This document shows, piece after piece, positions 25,491 to 36,530 of a stretch of DNA of 64,000 nt; position 1 is the stretch's first letter, and every line of letters starts with the position of its first letter. Origin of the DNA: Lama guanicoe (taxonomy: Eukaryota). The notes below the pieces were generated by a model, which saw only the letters and a list, made by a program, of their open reading frames with translations, did no database searches and had not been told where the DNA came from. The stretch is taken from positions 6,246,626 through 6,310,625 of the forward strand of contig MU054220.1 of NCBI GenBank assembly GCA_013239625.1. The letters run 5' to 3'. The position numbers and the translations under genes are program-made.

Positions 25491-27889
25491 TACAGTGACA
25501 ATCTGATTGCACCACACTAAAAGCAATCTATACACAGGCTATCGTTAGTTTGTTTAAGGCTGAAGTTGAAAGGAGGAGCCAGGGTCACTTATAAGTCCCT
25601 GAGTTGTTACGTCTAGCATATTTTCATCAGTAATAACAGCAAAAAAATTATCTACTAGCTGAAGTTTGGAGGGAGCTGTGTTAGGCTCATTCTAGGGGAC
25701 AAAAAAAACAGCAAGAGTTCCTTTGAACCTCTGTATTATGTATATAAAATAATGAAGCAAAAAGTGCTAAATGATACAGGGTCAAATAAGTACTCTTTGG
25801 ACTGATGAGAGGGAGTAATTGTAAAGGTCCCGGCAGACCTCTGGGGGAAATTGATCCAAATAGTGCAACATTTATGCTAGATTTATCTAAGCTTGTAATT
25901 TCTAGATATAAATAGAAAGGCTAAATAATTTGAGAAACATAGTGATGTCCAACACTTAATAACTGCTTAAAATGTTTTAAATAAATGATCCAAGCTAACA
26001 TCAAGACATAATTAATAAAAATGTCAAGAGATGGAATAATAGAGTCCAATCAATAAAGAATGTAATCTTTTAGGCTAATAAACTAATTCAGAACACTTGG
26101 ATTGCAAGCAAACCAAGTTTACAGTAAGCCAAGGAGGGACCAAATCCTAAATCAAGTTCCTCTTCTAATGCTGATATCATAGCATATGATGTGTGGAGCA
26201 AACAAAAACAGGATGACAGGCTGTAAGTAGACTGTGTTGAAAAGGAACACAGACATTGAAATTTTCACGTAAGAATTTCAAGAGGAATTTGCTCTTGGTA
26301 ATTCGGGTGAGATCCTTTCCATCTCAGTATTGACTCCCAAAAAATAAAACATATCCATATTAGAGTCTTAAATTTATCTCTGGTTCATGGTAGCTGTTAA
26401 CTCACTGTTTCAGACCAACTCTGGACGTTTAGAATTTTCCAATAACATGGATTTAGGTGCATTTCTTCCCCCTTAATCCAAGCATGCTGTTCAGAAGTCC
26501 CAGATTACCTGGGCACTTTTTTAAAAGTTGAAGTTTATTAACGTCTTTTAGGAGAGAAGTCTTTTCTGGCAGTGTAAAGGGAAGTGCTCACAGGTGCCCT
26601 GCTCTCCTGGAATTCACGTATACCACGTGTCAGTTCTCTGCAACACACCACCAGGCAGGTTAGAACTAGGGACTGTTGCTGATACTCAGCTCCCTCAGAA
26701 TGAGGGAGGAGATACTAATTTTAAACAAAAGTCAGATTTCAACGAAAGTATTTTCAATCTTAGTACAAAACTTATCCAACCTACTATAGCTTCTTCGGCC
26801 ACTGGATGAAAAGCAACAGGCGCAGTGGTGAGCTGTTTACTTTTATGTCTCCCTGTTTTTTTCCTTCTAACACATTTCTGCGAGACCCCCAGATGGAACG
26901 CATCTGTAACTGATGCCCTGTGGTAGCTGGCGGAGGTTACTGAAAGGGCGTGACAGCCAGTTGACCCTGGCAGTTGGAGACTCCTTCCCCCTCCCACATT
27001 CTAGGAATGTTCGTTCTGCCCGCGGTCCCGTGGCCAGAACCATTTTGACGACGCAGCCCAAAGAATCAGGTGGTATTGAGACCTCTGGACTGAATTCGTG
27101 ACGGAACCCACTTAACTCGGTCTCTGTACCGAGTTTTAAGATTCTGACCAGTATGAAAATCTACTCTTGCAGCCACCCTGGCCAAGCCTCCTAAATAAGT
27201 AAGTTCCTGTGTTTATTAAAATCACCACGGGGAATGACCTGCTTTTCCTTAGCTCTCTCCTTGCCCTCCGTGTTCTGGGACCAGTTTCAGGTTTCGCCTG
27301 GGAACTCCTAAGTTTTTGAACCAACAGTGGTCACGTTCTTGGTATTCCTTTTCCTTGACAATGTTTTTTATTGATGATGTAACCAGTGTTTGATGAAATT
27401 CAATTACCTGACACCTATTTTAAAATGATAATCTGAGCTGCATTAATAATCTGCTGAAATCTGTCATAGAATTGCTGCTTTAAGGACTGCCCTCATTTCC
27501 TGGGGTCATTTTTGGCATTGTTAATCATTTATGTTTTAGTGTGAGGTGGTCTGGTTGGCTTCAAAGCAAGTCTTGATGGGGAAGCAGTAAACTGCCGTCA
27601 GATTTTTCCTTCTAAATATTCGGTTTAATTCAAGCTGATCTCAGACAATGAATCAAGGAAGTGATTTCTCTGTTTTAATAAGTTCTGGAGCACATAGATA
27701 ATCGCATGAATGTATCTATGTATATAATAAATTGTTAAAAAGTCATCCAATATTACTCAACTATAGGTTTACAAAAACAATGTGGAAACAGCGATTTGTA
27801 AAAATTAATTTAAAAACAAATCTGTCAACATCAGAAGGATTGATTAAATGATTCTACCTGTTTTACCTGGTAACCCACAGAGACAGAGC

Positions 27890-28170
27890 TAACAGTAAGA
27901 AGCTAATATCTACTTTATTTATGACAGACGTAATACTTACAGATCACTTATTAAATGTCAGAAAACATTCAAAGCACACAATAAACAGTGATTCATTCCA
28001 GTCCTCCCAATAATCCTGCTAGGTATGTATTAATGTCCTGACTGCAAGTGAAAGGAGAGAAAAAGGGAGAGAGAAGCTTGCAGAGACCTAAGTACCTGGT
28101 ATAAGGCAGAACGAAATGTGAGCCCAGGTCTGTCTGGATTTCAGTGCCTAAGGTTTTAACATTATCTTTT
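27890..28170 (-). mobile_element. MIR SINE
   Basis: CCTCCCAATAATCCTGCTAGGTA...TGAGCCCAGGTCTGTCTGGATTTCA. Confidence 0.7.
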
Positions 28171-28861
28171 ACTGGCATTTGGGCCAATTAGGGCTGGGAT
28201 ATGGTGGGTACTAATTAACTGCAGTAGATTAAAAAAAGGCTAAGATGATATGCTAAGTTTTTAAAACCTTTCACATAAATATAAGTAGAATTAATGAAGA
28301 CCAAACAAAATTCTTTATATATTTTGTCTGTGTGCCACTGTTTATTAATGATGTTCAATTCCCAAACATGAATCATTCCTTTAAACTGAAATTTTTACAG
28401 ATATAATCAAGATGAAACAGAATTATTGCTTTAAAATGGAAACTTTAAAGATTTATGTATGCATTTTATTTACCCAATTTACTTCCTCGCATTTATCTGT
28501 TTTGTGATTTAAGTCTAGCAGTAGTTGTTACAAACTAGAAGATATTTAAATGCTGTATTTTATAGACTAAAAATTATAACTTCTAGAAATGATGTTAGAT
28601 GCAAATCTAATATTCGTTAGTGGCATAGTGTTTTTTCCTAATTTCTTAGATCATCTACTGGGGTTATGTAGTATAGTGATTTGAGAGGGACATTTGAAAA
28701 AAAAAAAGGACAAGTTGTCCTCTAAGTTCTGATTTGCACCTTTAAATTTTATAAAAACTTAGTATCACAGATTAATTTTATAAACTTTATTAACATGTGT
28801 TTACTAAATTAGATTTAAATGTTTGCAGTTGGTAGAATTCTTTTACCTGTATCTGCTTTTA

Positions 28862-28893
28862 TGACATCTGCTGGCAATACCTGGTATTACAGT
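28862..28893 (-). promoter_or_regulatory. Candidate CTCF site (core plus upstream motif)
   Basis: Minus strand reads ACTGTAATACC-AGGTA-TTGCCAGCAGATGTCA. Confidence 0.65.
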
Positions 28894-30059
28894 GCCCCAT
28901 AATTCACACTTCTCTGCCTTCTACAACTGCCCAATACTTCTTCAGATAATACTAATTAAATTCACCTTAAGGAACTCAGTGAGTATCCTTGACTAAAAAA
29001 GAGGTATTATAATATGAGACCCAATAAAAGAAGAGGAAAAGTAAGCCTTCCAGAGGCTGAGAAATTATTCACTTAGTATATTGTGCATATAGTTTCTTTC
29101 ATGGCTTAGTAATAACAAAGATATAAGACTTTTTTCCCCTGAAAATTCCAAACTCATTCCTTGTAAGAGTGTTATATATGTCAATACTTACTGTTGACAG
29201 TTGTCAACCAACTGTCCCTTCTGACATAATGCCACTCAGACATTCTCTACAATTTGATAGTTATTTGATAAAAACTGTGCATTGAAGGAAAACTGTGAAA
29301 GGATAAGAGTCTAAATTCATATTAAAAATGAATGAACTGTACCCAGGTCCCTGCATACACTGGGTACACGTGTACAAACCAGAATGCATGAACAAACTTT
29401 TTATATTGCCAGGAATCCATTTATCCACAGTCCCATCAGTCAAATTCAGATACTTGTTGCCAGCTCCAAGATTTATAGTTTGGAGCTGGTTTTTGAAATT
29501 GCTTTGTATTTCCATTTAACAGCCAGGGCAGCAGCATGTTAAAATTTTGCCTTGGTCTCCTTGGAGCTTATTTATAAAGCTAATTTGTCTCCGTGGACAT
29601 TTTTTTTTTCTCTCTCTCATTCAAATGCCAGCTCTAGGCTTCTAAACCATTACCTTCCTCCCACCCACCCCCTGCCTTTTTTTTTTTTTAATCACAAACA
29701 AAATACTGTCATAGACAATGCCATTGCAGGACAGTGATGATTCCTTTGATATAGTCCTCCCAGGCAAGATACAAACCATCTCGCCTTCTGGCCAGAGATG
29801 GATTCACTGCCCTCCTTGCAGACACGCAGCACACACACAGAGCACTGGGAAGTGCACATTTACTATACTGCATGCCGGCTGCCTTGAAGAAACTGTAGCT
29901 AACCACCTTATTAGTATTCTTGCCTCCACCGTGTCTCACTTGCAGCATCAGAGGGCTGAGCAAAATGCAGTAGAGCAGGGACAGACACAGCTCTGGCAAT
30001 CATCTCAATGCAGGCTGCCGAATGTTGGGGGTGGGGGATGCAGCACATCAAGATTAATA

Positions 30060-30520
30060 ACCTTGCCGAAATCCGGGGCACCCTGCGAGCAGACACCTCT
30101 GCTGACTGACCCGCGCCTGGTTTGATGAATCCGCCTGGGGGAAGGGGGCTCCGGAATCTACCTGGTCCTGGGGGCTCCCCTTGATTTTGGATGCTCCTTT
30201 TATCCGACACCGATCTGCGAAGGGAACAGTGAGCCGTACCATCTGCAGCACACGGCGGCCGTTGGAGGTTACTACTGACAGTTTCATCACACGGGTTTGT
30301 GTGAGTGTGTGCGTGTTTGTGCGTGTTTGGGAGAGCGGGTGCCTGCTTTGGCGTGAAAGAGAACGCGTGAGTGCCGGCCAGTGTGCGTGTTTGTGTGACA
30401 AGCGAACCAGGTATATCGTCCTGTAGATTTCAACAGCGTGAAAATATTCTCTGGGTACTTGGGCTCCCAGTCCGAAGCCCCCCAGCTCTCACCGCCTCCT
30501 TCCTTCCCGGCTCCCCCCCC
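30060..30520 (+). promoter_or_regulatory. CpG-rich promoter / TSS region
   Basis: About 29 CpGs counted in ~450 bp against a CpG-depleted background. No repeats recognised here, and it lies just upstream of a perfect splice donor. Confidence 0.8.
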
Positions 30521-30740
30521 TTCTTCTTTTTGCCTTTGATGAGTTTTTGGCTTACTTTCTGGCGGAGACTCTTGGCCACGTTTTTGCTGGGGCTGGAAGA
30601 TCAAATCAATGGAACCTTTGAAAACTGATTATTTTTCTCCTGTGTGACTTTAAAAAAAGAAGAAAAGAAAATAGAGTAGTGCCAGATAAGCTAGAGGATT
30701 TTAAATTTTCCGTGGTGAACTTTGAGGATCCAAACAGAAG
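30230..30740 (+). other. Putative non-coding first exon (5'UTR) of an unidentified gene; start approximate
   Basis: Ends at consensus donor GAAG|GTAAGT (30740/30741). The two ATG ORFs inside it stop before the donor. Confidence 0.7.
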
Positions 30741-33700
30741 GTAAGTCACGGGACTTCCTAGGTCCTGGTCCTTGCTTGCCTGTAATGTTTGTGTTTTCCT
30801 GTTTGTTTTCGGAAATGCATTTGCAGTTTAGAAGCGCAGTTTTGGAGATTGTCATGCTCAGAAGAACTCAATGTGTGGCATTTGGGGGCTATTTTCATAC
30901 CAAGGGGATTATTTCCTTTTGTATAACCATCCCCCCTCACTCTTCCTTCCATTTTTATACCTTTTATTTCTCTAATATTTTCACAGTCGATTTTGCATTT
31001 ATGGAATCTGGAAAAAATTAATTCCAGGCTTCTCCCTCCTTGAAATGCTCTTTAAGTTTGAGGGCAAAAAAAATCAGAAAAGCTACTGGCAGAGGCTCTG
31101 AGTTAGAGGCAAAAGTGCGTCTGCTCAGAGACCAAGGGTGGGGGTTGGGGGTGCAATCCAGACTTTTATGATAACTTAATAGTAGACTTTTTTTTTTCCA
31201 TAGCACTTATAATTTTTCTTGAATACTTAAATATGCTCTGGAGAGTAGTGAATGTTTGGAATACAGAAAAGCTGTTTCAAGAGCTCTTAATTGGCACAAA
31301 TGAGAACAAAGTGAAAATTGTTCAGTGTTTTGAACCTCTCTTTTTTGCACTGATTCTCTTGCCATTGAATCTCATTAACCTTTCTGGATGCAGCATCCCC
31401 TGATTAAGACTAGTGCTTCTCATTTTGGAACACCCCTTTACCCTACATGGTCTCTGGAGAAGGGACTGTGGCTGCAAATTGCTCTTAATTGTCCACTCTT
31501 GGCTGTAAAAGCAAGCAGGCGGCATCAGGAATTCAGGTGACTTTAGTCAAACATCTTGCCTAACTCAGTCCCTTTAGTGTTTCCCAGTGGTTAGCCATGC
31601 TCTTTCTTTCTTTTTGTTTTTTGTTTTCTTTTTCCTTTCCTTTTCCTTCCAAGTGAAGCATAGATAGTATTTTACCTGTTTCCATTCTGAGGTCATTTAA
31701 TTAAAGCCAAATACCATTTCATTGTGATAGCATCTGTGTTCCTGTATCTGAGAGTATTTTTATCTCTGCATTGGCATCACTTAGCTTCTCCCAAGAAGTG
31801 AGAATCACTGGTAAATATATTTCTAAAATGCTGAGACCCCAAGTGGAAGCAAAAGAGCTTTCATCAAAGAATATGGATGGTTTATTCTAAAAGGAATAGT
31901 GGTATTTTATGGACTATTAGCCAACTCAAACTCTTACTGTGAACATATTCATGAGAGAGATGACAGGTGTGTTAACTAGGCAGAGTGGGGCATACATAAG
32001 GGTTTCTCATGATGTCTGTGTATGGAGAGAGAGAGATGGTGCAAATTGTAACAGATTTATTCAGAGACAGTTGACTGAGTCAGAGATTTATGACAGCATC
32101 CAAGTTGAGATATCAGAGATCATATTCAAAACATTAGATTAGAAATTAGAAATAATATTATTCTCTAAAATGAGATTTTTGAAAATCCTTAACTAAAAAG
32201 GAGAAAAAAAATCTTAAAGATGAGATTCAACTCTGGTATTGCCATGAGCAATCCCTACCATCTATTTGATATTTCTGCATAATGGTATTAGTGAAACAGT
32301 TAAAGGAGGGCAGATGTTAAAAGATCCCTCCTCTCTTCTGTCCGGTAACTGATACTTACTACACACCGTCCTCTTGGTGAAAAACAAAAAAAACCAACCC
32401 TGTGGGTAAACTCTTTGCTGTCAGTATAATTTACGATGTGTCTTTCTTGTCAGCTCTTTCTGTTCAGGATATTTTCATCTGTTATGCATAGTAGTTCCAG
32501 TTACATTTCCCTTATCAGGAGAGGGACTTTTTATCATTTTTAAATGAAGTAGGAGAACCCCCCCCCCAATTTTCATTTTCTTTGTGGAGAAAACAACCTG
32601 GGACTCATGAACCCTGACGGTGAATGTGATCGATAAACAAGAAACACAAAGTTCACTGTTCCAGGGAGAGAGCAGAGCCCTGACGCTCCAGGTGCCAGTG
32701 GGTTCTGTCAGGGGACTGAAGGTTGCCCAGACTCTGCCTGGGCCGTTCTTCAGGTTGGTCAGCTCCTTATTAGCCTGTACTCTTGATGACCAGGGCCGGG
32801 TACAGAGGCCAGTGTTTACATCCCCTGTTCTGTGTTAGGGCTGTTCTGCTGAGGAGAAGCCCTCTGAAAATGCTGTTCTGGAAGTTGGCGAAGTCGTGCC
32901 TCTCTTCCTTGAGGGTATCTCACTGACTGCTCCTCCTCCCATTCACAGTCTCACCCAGCGTGGGTATATTTAGACTTGTGATGTTGGTAAAAATTAATTG
33001 CATAGATTATTCTCAACACCATCTTTAAAAAACTAATAAGGGTAACATCTTGGCTTTTGTGTATTTGAGATTTAATCATTGTAATGAGTGAATCTTCTAG
33101 CCATAGCAACACTTTCATTATCACTTATTTCAGGCTAATAATAGAAGTGGGGTCCACGCCAACTCAGGATTTTCTGATTACAGCTCATGCAACGCACAGA
33201 GCAGCTCCCTGGGACCTCCAGGGTTCCTCGTGGTGCCTAGGCAGATGTGACTTGGTATCTTTATTATCAGCTCAGGTCGGAAGGAGCACGGATAAACAGC
33301 TTCCAGCCAGAACTGGCTCCAGATCCATGGCTTTCTTTTGTCTTCTCTGGCTTTGTTTTGTGATAGAGGGTGTTTCACAGTTTCATAGGGTTGGTTTGTT
33401 GGCTGAGTGAGTTCAGAACAGAAAGGAGAAGGAAGAGAGTTTTCCATCTCAGTAGAAGTAACATGTCAGAGTTGCCAAAGAAAAGGCTGAAGTTCCCTCA
33501 AGGAAATAGATGCAGGGTTATATTTTCAAAAGAATAAATTGGTAGAGGGTTGCCTTAGTTTGTTTGGGGAGGATAAAGGAAATCCCACTTACTTCTCTGT
33601 TTAGTTCCAGTCAATTGGCTGGCTTTCCTGTGGGTCTTTGCTCTAGTGAGCCGACCAGGCCCACCCTTCTCCAGGGTGCTTCTGTGTTTTTAAGACCCAG

Positions 33701-34264
33701 GGCACTTAACACATGAATGGCCCTTTCCTTTTGTAACAAACTGAGCTCACAGCTGGGAAGTCAGCTACTGAGAATCTTTAAAGGAAGCCGGAAAGATCAC
33801 CCAGTAAGTTGATGAGCAGAAAGGAGCTCTTGGAGCTCGGGCCCTGGAGGTGGGTGAGCACCCAGCTGATTACACTTGGGGTTTTGACTGCTGAGTCATT
33901 ACAACAGCCTGGGGCTGTGTGTTAGCTCCGCGGACCGCTGGTGTTGGGGCTGATGCTAACAGGCAGTAGCATCAGCCTGCAGCAGCCGGTGCCGGCTCTC
34001 GGATGAAGGAGATGCCCCCTCTGATGACAGATGCGTTTGTGTTGTTTCGTATTGTTCTTCATTGCTTAAAAACAACCTCTCAGGGTCCCCAACAAGTTAC
34101 AAGCGAAAAGATAGATTCATTGGAGTGCGAATAGGACAGGGGCTTTGCAGTTGCCTAAATCAGTTCCCTCAATTACCTGTATCACCATTCGGGGCCACTC
34201 AGTAATCACGGCTAAGATGGGGAGAGTGGAGGCTGGGGTGAGAATCAGAAGAAGGAAAACCCTG

Positions 34265-34460
34265 GCCTAAGAAACAGAAGGTGTCAGTCAAGCGTTGGCC
34301 GTGCTGCTTACTGGTCTCAGAACCCTGATTTCCTTCTGTATAGTTTGGAAAAATGCATTCTTAACCCATAGTGTTGTCCTGAGGATTGTGATGGAATATT
34401 GCAAAATAAAATGATCTGTAATTACACATTGCTATGGATATGTAAGGTACTGTAGTAATG
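34265..34460 (+). mobile_element. MIR fragment
   Basis: CTGATTTCCTTCTGTATAGT...CATAGTGTTGTCCTGAGGATT. Confidence 0.55.
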
Positions 34461-35049
34461 ACAACTTCATATAATGTTCAAGACTCTACAAAATAATGTC
34501 ACCAGTATAATTTTAAATTAAGTTGATGAAGCAGAACTGGTCTTTTCTTTATGATGGTGATCAATATTTGCATCGTTAGAATTTGGGTGTTCTTCATGTG
34601 TGTTGACTGTACCTCTTCTCAGTAATTTCTGTGGTATATTCCTAGTCACTCTGGGGTTTGTGCGTGTGTGCGTGTTCACATGTACGTGAGTGCAAGTGCA
34701 AGCAATTGACCATTCTGTAAGGGGAATAATTTTTGATTCCTAAAAAACAGAAAATGAGGGATAACTTGAATCCATTGGCATTGAGTATCCAGAATACGCA
34801 AGAAATACTTGAACCCTCCATCCTGCCTGTTCTGTGGGAATATACAGCTTCTTACAAAGTTTGTGGGCTGCAGAAAACTCTAGTCTGCAATGACGCCTTT
34901 GACTAGAATTTGAGTTAAACATAGAAACTGTGTCGATAGGGTATTTATTTGTAATAATAGCGCAGGTCTTGATGATGGTTACACTGAGTACATTTGCGGG
35001 ACAGATAGACCAGGATTAAAAGGCTGAGTTGGAGGCCATGATGGGAGGA

Positions 35050-35250
35050 GAATGTGGCAGTGGTGAACACTAGCTTTAAAGTTGGACAGACTTGGGGTCA
35101 GATACCTAATCTCTTAGCAACTCAGCTGTCAAATCTGTAAAAGAGGGACAGTGAGTCATTCAGAGGGCATTTGTGATGAATGAATAAATGATTGTATTTA
35201 GAGCCCTTGGTAAAACCCTTGACATGAAATTGGAATTCTACAGGTCATTC
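35050..35250 (+). mobile_element. MIR fragment
   Basis: GACAGACTTGGGGTCAGA...ATCTGTAAAAGAGGG. Confidence 0.6.
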
Positions 35251-36344
35251 ATATATAAACTCGCTCTCCTCTTTGTCTGGCTTAAGAATTAGGAAGAACA
35301 CGCGAATCCAGTGTATTGATGTAACTGATACAGGTGGGCCGAAGCCCCCAACATAACCTGAGAGCTAAGTAAAACTGGACAGAGAAAGCTACATTTCTGT
35401 ACAGTAGCTCATTCCATAAACCATGGTTTCATCAGATTCTTTCTCGGAGCAACCAGAATGCCCTTTCAGGATGTCACTTCACTTATGCTTACAACTTCTG
35501 AAATGATAGTGAATGTAAGTAGCGAGAATCATGTGCACCCAGCCGTGTGTGGTTGCAGAAACACAGTTCAGATGTCAGCAAGTGGTGTTAACATTGCTCT
35601 TCATCTAGCATCTCGTTTTGTTCCCAGTCAATGAAACGACGCATATTTATTAAACACCTACCAGTTTCAAGCAGTGCGCTCATTGCAGGGGGGAGTGGAA
35701 GGGCTCTCCTGCTCCCGTCTCTTTGCTGCAGTTCCTGCATTTGGCCGGGCCATACTGCAGTCATCAAGGCTGCCTGCTAGAATTTGGACAGGATAGTTCA
35801 ACAGAATTAAGTTTCCTCTGCCGGAGCCTGACCCATGCGGGGCTGTGTCGTTGTGTGTGAGCTTTATTTAGTTCAAGAATGTATTACGAAAGATGTAAAA
35901 ATCCTTGTTCCTGTTGGTGTAGCTGAGCTGAGCTGTCGGTGATGAGCCTAGTTCTGCTTTGCTACCTCTGCACGGCCGGTACCGCTTGACCCAGGTACTT
36001 CCGTTCTGCAAAGTCAGCCTTTGTCTGTGCACGATGGGAGCAGGGTTTCGTCCTTCAGATTGTGGCTTCTCTCCTCAGAGTGAATGGGTGAAGTCTATTT
36101 TATGGCTTGCTGAGAAGGAAGACGGCATCCATACTTCCTGCATTTTCAGGCCCCGTTCCTTACAGTCCAGATCTCATAGACTGAGAAAGAGAAGAGAGAT
36201 GTCAGTTGGTCACAACAACAAACACCAGTTCACTGGCCTCTACCTCAGCCTCCAGCATGGCTAAGGTACAGACTGAACTAAGGCGGTGTCCTGCTCAGCA
36301 TACTGCAGGTTGTTGCCAGCACACAGCGGTATGAAAATACAATA

Positions 36345-36530
36345 AATTATAATAAATTCTGCCATGTGTTCAACAAGTACATCCTATGTACCGGGCACTG
36401 TGCTTCGTGGGTTAGATTATTTACTTCTCAAAAAAGTCCGTAAGATGATATTATTATTCTTACATTACAGATGAGGCAAAAAGTGAGTCATTTCTTTACC
36501 CCCAGTACTGGTTCACTTCAAAGCTCTCGT
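36345..36530 (-). mobile_element. MIR fragment
   Basis: CCTATGTACCGGGCACTGTGCT...TTACAGATGAGGCAAA. Confidence 0.7.

Noticed and set aside
29718..30125. 135-aa ATG ORF upstream of the promoter
   Set aside because: No recognisable domain. Overlapping ORFs on both strands are expected in GC-rich DNA.
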